From contig CM007991.1 in assembly GCA_002189035.1 (NCBI GenBank), forward strand, positions 744,001 through 808,000: 64,000 nt of DNA, read 5' to 3'. The notes under the pieces were generated by a model. The model was given only the letters and a program-made list of their open reading frames with translations, ran no database searches and was not told the origin of the DNA. The translations under genes and the position numbers were made by a program. Below are positions 1 through 11,409 of this stretch, piece after piece. The stretch's first letter is position 1, and each line of letters begins with the position of its first letter. This stretch comes from Utricularia gibba (taxonomy: Eukaryota; Plantae; Magnoliophyta).

Positions 1-680
1 GATCTTGGGTTGGACCTGGTTCAAAAGTTGAAATAAGGAGCGGCTTTCAGAGAGGAAATGGTTGCCAGTTATTGTGGGTGTAGACATTTTACCTGAGATT
101 CCGCCCAAAACCCACTCACGATACTCCCTGTATCTACTGCTAAGCGCAGTACCCAAATCTACGTTCCATCCTCAGGAGCGGCAGGCTGAGAAGTCGAATT
201 CAAGGGCAGGGAAGAATCAACCGGGAGAGAAAGTATGATGATAGAGTCCTCTCTCTGTGTGGCGGGTTGCCTCGTCTAGCCGCCGGTTCATTCAACGGTC
301 ACTGACACTTGTGCTTCCGCTTGAGTTTCAGTAATCGGTAACGTTTTCTTCCCTCTGAAAATGGTTGACGCTGCCTCCGCTCGAGCAGCCGTGGTGTTGA
401 GATAATGATGAACGCATCAGGGTTCTTTTTTTTCGAAAAGAAGCACCCTGTGATTCAGGATAAGCTGTCTAGTGAGATTTCTGGAGGTTACGGAGATTTA
501 GTCTTCCTATCATTTTAATAAAGAAAAAGTCAGTTGATTGAGGGAAGGTGTGCCAAAGTAGTTTCTTACCAACCATGTGTTTGACGAAATGCCAATTCAG
601 TTGTTTGTGCTATCTGGCTCCTGATGATTCTGTGGGTAATGGCGATACTGAGTGAACTTATTTGTCCGTGTTCAGTAACG

Positions 681-2126
681 ATGATTTGGAGAATTAACCC
701 CCTCCAAAAAGCTGTCTTTTTCAATTTAATGAAAAAGAGCAGGCTTTACAGTTCAGGTTTGATAGATCAAGATGAAGCTGTTGCAGCAAAAAGGGTGTCT
801 AAAATTCTGGTGTCTTGCCCCAAGGTGTGCCTGGATGCAGAGCTTGACCGGAGTGGCATCCGTGTCTCTGAAAATGTGGTTGAGAAGGTTCTTGAGAAAT
901 TTGAAAATGCTGGAATGCTAGCTTACCGATTTTTCGAGTGGGCAGGAAGACAGAGGAACTATGATCACAGTGTTAGAGCTTACCATAGTGTGATTGAGTC
1001 ATTGGCAAAGATACGGCAATATGAGTTGGTGTGGGATCTTGTCAATAGGATGAGGAGCAAAGGAATTCTGAACATCGAAACCTTCTGTATCATCATGAGG
1101 AAATATGCTCGCTCTCAGAAGGTTGATGAAGCTGTATATACATTCAACGTGATGAAGAAGTATGATGTGCCTCCCAATCTGGCTGCATTCAACGGATTGC
1201 TGAGTGCCCTGTCCAAGTCAAAGAATATCCGGAAAGCTCAGGAGATTTTCGATGATCAGAAAAAGCATTTCATACCTGATTCAAAAACTTACAGCATCCT
1301 GATTGATGGGTGGGGCAGGGCTCCAAACCTGCCTAAAGCTAGAGAAATATTCAGAGAAATGGTTAGTTCAGGATGCGAGCCAGACATTGTGACTTACGGA
1401 ATAATGGTTGATGTTCTTTGCAAGGCAGGAAGGACTGATGAAGCTATTAACATCATTAATGAAATGGAGTCATGTGGTTGCAAGGCCACATCCTTTATAT
1501 ACACTGCTCTGATCCACGCATATGGGATGGAAAACAGAATCGAAGATGCCATAAACACCTTCCTTCAGATGGAAAGAAGTCACGTAAAGCCTGATGTTGC
1601 AATATACAACGCCTTGATCGGTGCTTTCTGCAGAGCAAACCAATTTCAAAATGCAGTCAAGACTTTCGATGAGATGTCCAGGAAGGAGGTGAAACCAAAT
1701 GCAAGGAGTTTGAACATTCTAATCAGTGGCTTGATCGATCATGGAAAAAGTGACAAAGTTATCAATGCCTTCTTGAGAATGAAGAAGATATGCCAGCCAG
1801 ATGCCGATACATACACCATGATGATCAAGGTTCTTTGCCAGAGAAATGAAGTGGATTTAGCGCTCAGACTGTGGAAATACATGGCGAGCAAGGACTTTGC
1901 ACCAAGTATGCATACCTTCTCCGTTCTCATCAACGGCTTGTGTAGGAAAGGCGATGTACCTCAGGCTAGCACCTTGATGGAAGAGATGATCGAGAGAGGA
2001 ATGCGCCCAGGAAGGGAGACCTTTGGGAAGCTCAGGCAGTTGCTACTGAAGAAAGATCGGAAGGACGTACTTGAGTTTTTGCAGGAAAAACTAAGCCTTC
2101 TGGTGAAAGAGCCTCTTTGTGATTGA
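681..2126 (+). CDS. P-class pentatricopeptide repeat protein, intronless, probably mitochondrial (resembles Arabidopsis At1g77360 as recalled)
   Basis: Tandem 35-aa PPR motifs (e.g. PDSKTYSILIDGWGR, PDIVTYGIMVDVLCKAGR, PSMHTFSVLINGLCRKG) and C-terminal EPLCD. ATG 681 gives a presequence-like MIWRINPLQK...SRLYSS; the ORF-track start at 624 is less likely. Confidence 0.93.
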   Translation: MIWRINPLQKAVFFNLMKKSRLYSSGLIDQDEAVAAKRVSKILVSCPKVCLDAELDRSGIRVSENVVEKVLEKFENAGMLAYRFFEWAGRQRNYDHSVRAYHSVIESLAKIRQYELVWDLVNRMRSKGILNIETFCIIMRKYARSQKVDEAVYTFNVMKKYDVPPNLAAFNGLLSALSKSKNIRKAQEIFDDQKKHFIPDSKTYSILIDGWGRAPNLPKAREIFREMVSSGCEPDIVTYGIMVDVLCKAGRTDEAINIINEMESCGCKATSFIYTALIHAYGMENRIEDAINTFLQMERSHVKPDVAIYNALIGAFCRANQFQNAVKTFDEMSRKEVKPNARSLNILISGLIDHGKSDKVINAFLRMKKICQPDADTYTMMIKVLCQRNEVDLALRLWKYMASKDFAPSMHTFSVLINGLCRKGDVPQASTLMEEMIERGMRPGRETFGKLRQLLLKKDRKDVLEFLQEKLSLLVKEPLCD

Positions 2127-2154
2127 GCACCCACTAGTTGGTGAGGTACACTTG

Positions 2155-2345
2155 CAGGGGTGGATCTTCAACTTTAATGTAGGAGGGATAAAATCTTTTT
2201 TTATTAACCATATTTATTAATGTAAAATTAAGGGAGAGTTAAAATTTAATTATTATAATTTTAAATCTTATTAACTTTCAACTTCATTCTTTTTTTTTAA
2301 AAGGAAGCTACAATCCATGCTCATTATGCTTAAGATCCGCTTCTG
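2155..2345. mobile_element. hAT-family MITE, 191 bp, in the PPR 3' UTR region
   Basis: Perfect 8-bp direct repeat TACACTTG at 2147-2154 and 2346-2353. Imperfect 14-bp TIRs: CAGGGGTGGATCTT versus reverse complement of AAGATCCGCTTCTG (11/14). AT-rich non-coding interior. Confidence 0.85.
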
Positions 2346-3129
2346 TACACTTGGTAATGTTTGATTTTTTGTACGAAAATATTATAATTTATATAATTGG
2401 AATCACATTTAATTTTAATTATACGAATCATAGTTTCGCTATTATTAAAATTCATTTCAACACATACTACATAAAAAAGGAAAAATTTTTAAAGCCATTA
2501 AACCTACATTGAATATATAAAAATTATTTCAATTTTAATTAATATATAAAAACTGTTTTTTTACTTCATTAGATTGGCATAAGATCTGTTAAATAAAAAC
2601 ATTGCACATATTCCCTATTTTCATTATTATCACAAAATTATTTAGTTTTATTAAAAACATTAAATATATGGAAGTCATCACTGAAGTCAAAATACCATAT
2701 GTTAAAATCAATCTTTTTTTTTTTTTTTTACAAAAACCCAAGTGTTGGTTTTTTATATGAACTATTAAACCCTAATTCCATAAATCTCCAAATGCGAAAC
2801 CAATCTAACGGCATATTATGTGTAAATTCAGAAGCATCAAATAGTCCCATCAAATGTTGAACATAAAAGTTCCATTTTGAGTGACCAATAATACACTGAT
2901 TCTGTTTGGCGTTGTTTGTAAATCAATTTTATTTTCGTATAATTGATTTTATATTTTAAATATATATCTTATTCTTTTTTTCAAGAATTTATTTTTTAGA
3001 ATCAATTTAATTGTATGAGAATGATTGGTTAGCTACTCATCTAATAATTCCAATAAATTCGTACTAAAAATAGTAAAAACATTATCAATAAACTGGATTG
3101 GGCATGACGAGTAAGAGGAGGATTCATAA

Positions 3130-6100
3130 ATGGAGAGCTTCATCCCACCGGAGTTCGATTTGGCGGCCAAAGATCCGACCAGCGAGTCTCTGAAAAAATG
3201 GCGCGACGCCGTCGGTACAATCGTCAGGAATCGTCGCAGGAGATTCCGCTACGCCGCCGATCTCGGAAAACGTGCCGAGGCTCAGGAGCATATGAGAAAA
3301 CTCAGAGTACGCATTCTTCCTCCTTTAAATCTAACCCTGTCTTCTGGGAGCGTGCATATAGATTTACTTAAATGTCATTTTTTGAAGACTGCTTTGATCT
3401 GAGCCTGAGCTACGTTTCCTTTTTGATCTGAGCTTTTTGCGATCGAATCTCACGTAAAACAAAAAGTCAATGCCGGGAAGATTAAATCCTTCATTGATTG
3501 TCTCTTCTGGAATGCGAAGCTGGTTTCTTGCCAATTCAGCGTAACCCACCGGTCATTAGTAATTCGGAACTGGCGATAGCCAATGAGAGGTGTCGGATGT
3601 GTGAATGCTCTGTCTTTCTACGAAGTTTCCGAGAAATTGCGGAGCCGTTCTCTATCTATTCAAACCGACCCCCCCCCCCCCCCAAAAAAAAGGAAACCTA
3701 TTAATTTTGTTTTCAACGTCATCAACTTCGCTGATCCAATTCCGACGTCATTAATGAGTTTTCGTTTTCGTGTTTTTCAGGAAAAGATACGCGTTTGCTT
3801 TGTGGCTTATACCGCAGCTCTCAGGTTTATTGACGGTATGCCCCTCACACCTATTGATATGTCTACATTACTAGGTGTAAGAACCTATGATTTTGTTGGT
3901 AGCCCACATTTTGTTTTATTACAGGTGTACCACCAAGTAAAGTCTTGAGCCCAGATGGGTCACAACAGATCCCTGAGGAAGGTGTGGATTCCTTTCAGAA
4001 TGGTCTGTCCGAAGAAGTTAGGAATGCGGGGTTTGGAATCCAACCTGATAAACTTGCATCACTTGTTTCTTCTTATGACATTAAGACCTTAAATAAACTA
4101 GGAGGGCTTCATAAGCTTGCTGATCTATTGAAGGTTTCATTAGAAAGGGGTGTGAATCCTGGGGATCTTTCTACTAGGCAAAATATATATGGCGCGAACA
4201 AATATGCTGAAAGGCCACCAAAAAAATTTGGATGTTTGTTTGGGAGGCTTTGCATGATTTGACGCTCATCATACTTATTGTGGCTGCTGTGGTGTCTATT
4301 GCTGTGGGACTTGCTACCGAAGGTTGGCCAAAAGGAATGTATGATGGACTCGGAATTATACTTAGCATAATTCTAGTTGTCATGGTTACTGCTGTGAGTG
4401 ACTACAGGCAGTCAATGCAGTTTCTGGATCTTGACAAGGAGAAGAAGAAGATTTCTATTCAAGTCATTAGGGAGAAAACTCCGCAGAGAGTGTCTGTATA
4501 TGACTTGGTGGTTGGGGATGTAGTCCATCTTAATGTTGGGGACATTGTTCCGACAGATGGAATATTTATATCAGGACATAACTTACTGATTGATCAGTCA
4601 AGTTTGACTGGTGAGAGTGTTCCAATCAATATATCCGAAAAGAGGCCATTCGTTTTGGCGGGTAGTAATGTTCAAGATGGATCAGCTAAAATGTTGGTGA
4701 CCACTGTTGGCATGAGGACTGAATGGGGGAAATTAATGGAAACACTTAGCGAGGGGGGAGAAGATGAATCACCTCTACAGGTGAAGCTTAATGGTGTTGC
4801 TACGGTCATCGGTAAAATTGGTCTTATTTTTGCTGTTTCGACTTTCCTAGTCCTGACCATACGATTTTTGGTGGCGAAAGGAATTCGTCATGAACTCACC
4901 ATCTGGTCATCAAGTGATGCCCTTGAACTTCTTAACTACTTTGCTACAGCAGTTACTATAATAGTTGTAGCCGTCCCTGAAGGATTGCCCCTCGCGGTGA
5001 CATTGAGCCTTGCCTTTGCCATGAAGAGATTAATGAATGAGAAAGCATTGGTAAGACATCTATCTGCATGTGAGACCATGGGTTCTGCTACTTGCATTTG
5101 CACGGATAAAACAGGTACACTAACAACAAATCATATGGTAGTGACTAAAAGATGGATTTGTGGAGCTATTAGAGATGTCAGTTGGAGTCGAAAGCCCAGC
5201 TCTGTAGATATGCCACAAAACGTGTTAGAGGTTTTATTGCAGGCAATATTCATTAATACAGGCTCTGAGGTGGTGAAGGATAAAAGTGGAAAAGTATCCA
5301 TTTTGGGGACACCCACAGAGTCCGCAATACTTGAGTATGGTTTACACTTAGGAGGTGATTTTGAAGAACAACGAAAGATCCAGTTTTTGAAGGTTGAACC
5401 GTTCAATTCTGAAAGGAAACGGATGTCTGTGCTTGTGGGTCTTCCAGGTGGCACTACTAGAGCATTTTGCAAAGGTGCTTCAGAGATTATCTTGAAAATG
5501 TGTGACAAATATGTTAATTCACAAGGCGAGATCGATCCTTTGTCAGATGAAAAAAATAGTGAAGCAATGGATGTCATCAATAAGTTTGCTAATGAGGCTT
5601 TGCGAACTCTTTGCTTAGCTTTTAAGGACATGGGTGATTTTCATGGAAATAGTATTCCGGATAGTGGTTACACACTCATTGCTGTGGTCGGAATAAAGGA
5701 CCCTGTTCGTCCTGGGGTACCTGAGGCAGTAAAAACTTGTTTAGGAGCTGGAGTCGCCGTGCGTATGATCACGGGTGATAATATCAATACAGCAAAAACA
5801 ATTGCTCGAGAATGTGGTATTTTCATGGATGGGGATCTTGCAATTGAAGGCCCGGATTTTCGCCTTAAGCCTACTGATGAGATGAGTCAACTGATACCAA
5901 AGCTCAAGGTGGAGAAATAGTACATTGATATTAACACTACTGAGGAATTGTTTCCTCTTAATTTATTGCTCGGCTATGGTTTTCTTAAGTTTTTTTTAGT
6001 TGGAATTAGGTAATGGCAAGATCTTCTCCAACAGACAAGCATCTCTTGGTAAAGACTTCAAGGAACAGTAATAGAGAAGTTGTTGCCGTCACTGGTGATG

Positions 6101-7156
6101 GGACAAATGATGCCCCAGCAATGCGCGAGGCAGATATTGGACTTGCTATGGGCATTGCTGGAACACAGGTTCTTTATTCTGTAAAACTAGCTTCCTCTAG
6201 AAAGGCTTACTGTGTAATTTGTTGATCAAATGTTCTTTTCAGGTGGCAAAAGCAGCTGCTGATGTGATCGTGCTTGATGACAATTTCTCTACAATTGTGA
6301 ATGTTGCCAGATGGGGACGTGCAGTTTATATCAACATTCAAAAGTTTGTGCAGTTCCAGTTGACAGTTAATATTGTTGCTCTTATCATCAATTTCACGTC
6401 AGCGTGCATTTCTGGTAGTCTCCCCCTACCCTCCCTCTCCCTCACCCTCTCTCTCTAATATACGCCACTTGAGTTGTGCATTCCAGGATCTGCCCCTCTC
6501 ACAGCTGTGCAGTTGTTATGGGTGAACCTTATAATGGACACTTTAGGTGCACTTGCTCTCGCCACTGAACCACCCCATGACAGCTTAATGCAGCGGCCCC
6601 CCGTTGGGAGGAACGTGAGTTTCATTACCAGGAACATGTGGAGAAACATCATTGGACAAGGTGTCTACCAGTTGGCTGTTCTGCTTGTCCTCAACTTCTA
6701 CGGGAAGCATATTTTGGGACTTGGAGGCTCAGATGCCACTATAGTGAACAGAACCTTCATATTCAATACATTCGTGTTCTGCCAGGTACTTACTTCCCTT
6801 GGATTCAAAACTACATCTCTTCTTCACTGTCATTTTGCTATCCCCAGGTCTTCAATGAAGTGAACAGCCGTGAAATCGACAACATAAACGTCTTCCGTGG
6901 GATTTTTAGCAATTGGATCTTCATCGGAATCATTACAGCTACAGCAGCATTCCAAGCCGTCATAGTTGAATTCTTGGGGAACTTTGCAAGCACAGTGCCA
7001 CTCAGCTGGAAACTATGGCTGTACAGCATCCTGTTGGGAGCACTGAGCATGCCCATTGCTGTTATCCTGAAGTGCATTCCAGTCGGCATCAGGACTACCG
7101 CACCCACACAACACGACGGCTATGTCTTGCTTCCCAGTGCTCCAGAGATCGCATAA
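3130..7156 (+). CDS. ACA: Autoinhibited P2B Ca2+-ATPase (ACA4/ACA11-like), 7 exons, apparent 1-nt frameshift at about 4221-4231
   Basis: N-terminal CaM-binding region ([19 protein letters not shown]...EKIRV), [16 protein letters not shown] phosphorylation motif, TGDGTNDAP. Exons 3130-3306, 3781-3835, 3925-5908, 6010-6168, 6243-6414, 6487-6785, 6848-7156, all GT-AG. Confidence 0.93.
3669..3691 (+). repeat. C15-A8 homopolymer tract in ACA intron 1
   Basis: Read directly from the sequence. Confidence 0.9.
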
Positions 7157-7704
7157 AGGATCCAGAACAAGCAGGTCTTTTTTGTTCAGAGGCTGGCTGA
7201 GAACTTTCATTGAAAGAATTGTTTCTGTGCAGGGGATCCCCCTAATTCTAACTACAAAATAAGTTCCGCCATGTATTGAGGACAGATAATTTGTCTATCC
7301 TCCACCTTTCCTTCTTCTCAACATTTTTCACCTGGACTTCATGGCAGCCATCAACCCCCCTCCCCGGAATTCCTTCAAGGTCTCAGGATCAAAGGTACGT
7401 TGGTGTACATCCTCAGCCAGGGCAGTCTCCCGGAGTGCCGCTTGATCTTCGCAACCGTCTTGTAACCAGCCGCCGGAGGGAAGGAATCACCCCCGGGAAC
7501 AATTCAGGCACAGGAGATGTTTCTGCAGATGCAATTTTTTTCTTTTTCTTTTTTTTTTTAGGGTTGCTGAGGCGTGGGTGTGGTTGACTAAAAAAAATTA
7601 ATTTTTTATAGGATGATGGAAACTATGTAAAAAAGAAAAAAGAGGATGTAGATTCTAACTCGTATATTAAAGAATGGTTGCGCGAAATTCAACCTGTGTC
7701 TCTC

Positions 7705-9134
7705 ATGTCGTCAAATTACCCTCACCACGGCGGCTCCGGCTACCCTCCTTATGGATCTGCGCCACCGTCGCAGACGAACCCATCTCAACAACCCGGCTAC
7801 GGCGCTCCTCCTCCGCCTGGCCATGTGGCTCCCAACACCTCTGCCTCTGTGCCCGTCGCGTCTCCTTACTTCGCGCCCCAGCAGCCCTCTGCCCCTTCTG
7901 CGTACCCCGGATCGCAACCTCCCGGTATAGGGCCCTATGCCGCTTCTCCTTATTTCGGGCCCCCGCAGCCCTCTGCCCCTTCTGCGTATTCCGCATCGCA
8001 AACCTCCGGTCCTCCCGGCTCGTATGGAGGGTACCCTGCGCCAGCGCCGTCTGCCGCCTTCGGGACGCCCTTCGCCTCCCTCGTACCCTCTTCCTTTCCC
8101 CCAGGTACGGATCCCAACGTGATTGCTTGTTTTCAGGTGGCTGATCAGGATGGGAGTGGATTCATCGACGATAAGGAACTTCAGCGTGCGCTATCTTCCT
8201 ACAATCAGAGCTTTTCCCTCAGGACTGTGCATCTTCTTATGTATCACTTTACCAACACCAGCGTCAGAAAGATTGGTATGATGATTTTACATTTTTGACT
8301 TTTTTATGGTTCGCTGCTGGGCTTCATAAATTGTATTGTTTAATGGGTGTCGCAGTTGTTCCTTCCCATATGTTCCCAGGAATTTGAACATTATGATTCT
8401 CAGGGTTTGCCAATCCTCTCTCTTTTTGGACCTTGATGTTGCTGTCGAAATCCTGAGCAGTTAGGTTGTTGAATTGCTTTGGTCTAAGTAGAGAGAACGA
8501 CTACATAGAGAAGATGCATCGTTTTCAAACTTCAACTACCTTTGTCCTCTTCCATGTGCATAGCTGCTATTGCCAATTTATCTGTTTTAGTTTTTTTTTC
8601 TTACATTTATATCTTTTGAATGTATGTGTAACAGGCCCGAAAGAATTCGCTCAAGTCTTTTACAGTCTCCAGAATTGGAGGGTTTGTATAGGAAGTGAAT
8701 TTTCAGCAGTGCTATACAATCTTCATGTTTGTGCTTTGACACATCATCTGTTTCATTCTAGGCAATATTTGAGAGATTCGATAGGGACAGAAGTGGAAAG
8801 ATTGAGGCTTCAGAACTAAGAGACGCTCTCCATAGCCTTGGATTCTCCATATCCCCACCAATTCTGGACTTACTGGTCTCCAAGTTTGATAAGAGTGGAG
8901 GGAAACACAAGGGAATCGAATATGATAACTTTATCGAGTATGGCCCCTCACCTGAACTTAAATTGTGGTCTGATTTTCTAAGTTGTAAGGTCCTTTCTTT
9001 ATCTTGATAGGTGCTGTCTCACAGTAAAGGGGCTAACCGAAAAGTTCAAGGAGAAAGATTTATCGTTTTCTGGGTCAGCCACGTTCACCTACGATTCGTT
9101 CATGTTGACCGTCCTGCCTTTCCTTGTTGCATAA
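7705..9134 (+). CDS. CML49/CML50: Penta-EF-hand calcium-binding protein with Pro/Gly/Tyr-rich N-terminus (CML49/CML50-like), 4 exons
   Basis: Exons 7705-8275, 8635-8681, 8762-8937, 9011-9134. EF loops DQDGSGFIDDKE and DRDRSGKIEASE; C-terminal FTYDSFMLTVLPFLVA*. Confidence 0.93.
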
Positions 9135-9322
9135 ATCATCTTTCTTATGCTCCTATATGTAAACGGTTTATCTACTGTGTTGCTGAACGTGCGTGTTGAG
9201 TTGAATAACCTGTTATGAGAACTACATGTTTATTCCCAAGGGCTGTATCTATATGAAAGCTCATCAATAGGACGATCCTATGGAAATGGGTAGTATACAT
9301 AGCATTGGAGGCTGTCTTGATC

Positions 9323-10874
9323 CTAAGGGCGATACTGGTATACAGTTCTTCCATGCAGCTTCTGTACTGGTCTTGCATTGTTCTCGAAGCCCTGAAATTG
9401 AAGGCAGGAGTTTCTGAGCTAGAAACGTGGAATTTCTCTAGTTGAGTCGAGTTGGGTTGTTCACTTACATCCTCCACCGCTTCTCTCAGGGCTGCTATCT
9501 GATCCTTGGAGGCAGTCCTGACCTTGTTCAGTAATGTCCACACAACCCCTTCACTGCAAGGAGGAGCTGTGAGTGATCCTGTATACCTGAAATACTTCCT
9601 GCTTCCAAATTTGATCTCCCAGGGGCTAATCACTCCCAGATCCAGGCTTGCTCCATTCCCCCCTAGCCTTTTGATGCTGCCAAGTATCTGCAAGGGGAGG
9701 CTTCATCTTTAATGCTTCTACTGGTGTGAACTGAACATGATATATGCACTACAAGCTGGTAATGGTAATACAAAACCATGCCTTGGCTAAGAAGGGGTCT
9801 GGTGTCCCCAGTTTGTAGGGTATCCCAACCACTGCTATCTGGCCAAGGGAACTGGCGTGCACCAAATGTATCTCCATATTGAACCTTTGAGATCAAGCCA
9901 ATAAAATGCTTGTCAATGCTAAACCAGACTCCAGGAGATCAAAGCTGATGTCTAGTTGAAAAAAAATACAGAATATGACGTGTTTCTCTGCTGGAGAGAG
10001 AGACTTCATTAAAGAATGAGAGTTTTCAAACTAAAAAAAAATATATGAAAGATTTTTAATTGGGTACAAAATTTGACCTTTTGTGGTCAATGGTATGCTC
10101 TGCTGGAGTATGCCAGTGGCATTGTCGTAGGGCGTATCTTGTCCCGTTTATTCGAACTCCGCCGGCGTCTCCTACCCAGCGCACCTGGCGGTGAACGGAA
10201 TACAACCAGTTCAGAGGGTTAGTTTTATTCATTGAATGAAACCAACCCACAAACTGATTCTTAAGTTGGGAGGTTTAGTTTCACAGCTGATAAAAACTCG
10301 CAGAATACCAGAAGATGATGGCGCAGGATCGTAATGAAAGTGTTTAAGTTACCATTATGTCATGTCCTCTGTTGACCAGAAGAGCTGGAGCTGGTTTATA
10401 TGTTCTTGCTAAGTGTCCCAGAGATTGCAGGATCGTCACCCTTCGGGTGTTGATGTCAATGGGAGATTGATGTCTGCCCTTCCCGCATGTCTCCCATTCC
10501 GGTAACAACTTCCCCCAGTTACGTGGCCCCTTCTCATCACCTTCTCCATACGTGTACTCAGGATCAGCATTTGCTGCTGCAGATCCATTTAGAAGAGAAC
10601 GCATGAAATCTGATCATCTCTGCGTTCTTCTTAAACCCGTAAAACAGGTGATAAACACTAAAATTCATGTCTTTTTAGCTAGCATACGAAATTATTTGAA
10701 GAAACAACAGGGGAGATTCTTCCATACTATTTATAAAAAAACCATGCTTGTGAAACAGTAAAGAAAAAGGAGCATGCACTGCGTCGCCCCACCCTTGCTG
10801 GCATCCTGGGCATGGACCAGAAAAGTGTGAAGAAAAATGGCAAGCATGAAAAACTGATGAACGCTGCTCCACAT
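9323..10874 (-). CDS. ACA (alpha-CA): Secreted alpha-carbonic anhydrase, 6 exons
   Basis: Signal-peptide-like exon 1 (MWSSVHQFFMLAIFLHTFLVHAQ), QSPIDI, NRGHDI, zinc ligands in QCHWHTPAEH and EIHLVH, YFRYTGSLTAPPCSEGV, final exon GFENNARPVQKLHGR (9323-9391). One GC-AG intron at 9688-9781. Confidence 0.92.
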
Positions 10875-11370
10875 GGTTCCCGGCGTGAGTTGCTCCGTCC
10901 GTCGTCCAAACGATTCCCCGGCAATGAACTGCGGGTGCTTGCATATAAATAGGCGTCGGAAGGGTTGACAGAATCCCGACTCAGGATTTTCCGTGACATG
11001 TGACGCAGGCTGCCTGCTTCAAGCAGGCAAGCCTAGAGTCTACTCCTTCCCCAGGCTTATGTCGATGGAATGGAGGAGACCCCAGGGAGTAGGGTTTTTT
11101 TTATTCGTAATCCAATTGGGGTCAAAACGCAATACATCCAAAAATCCAATAGGCTTTCATTTTTTAAATTCAAATTCAATCCAAAACTACAGTACATGTA
11201 CTGTACTTGAATTAGATTCAATTTGAATTTCGGACAAATTCGACCTTTTAAAAACCCTAGAAAAACCCTACCCTCTCCCCCGTCCACTCCCGCTCGTCCG
11301 GGAATAGCTGCGTTTACCAAGAGTAAGATTTTAAATTCATAAAAATTACGTATTTTTGTGAGAATAATTG

Positions 11371-11373
<3 letters not shown>

Positions 11374-11406
<33 letters not shown>
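11374..11406. repeat. (AT)n microsatellite, about 16 units
   Basis: Read directly from the sequence. Confidence 0.95.

Positions 11407-11409
<3 letters not shown>

Noticed and set aside
624-680. Longer PPR start at ATG 624
   Set aside because: It adds a Cys-containing, non-presequence-like 19 aa; ATG 681 fits a mitochondrial presequence better.
5131-5631. Long antisense or alternative-frame ORFs over real genes (e.g. 5131-5631, 27739-28317, 57892-58407, 60620-61108)
   Set aside because: These are shadows of codon bias or GC-rich sense exons, with no recognisable motifs.
7330-7490. Minus-strand frame FLPSGGWLQDGCEDQAALRETALAE resembling a Nudix box
   Set aside because: The catalytic glutamates are missing, there is no start or exon context, and the similarity is too short.
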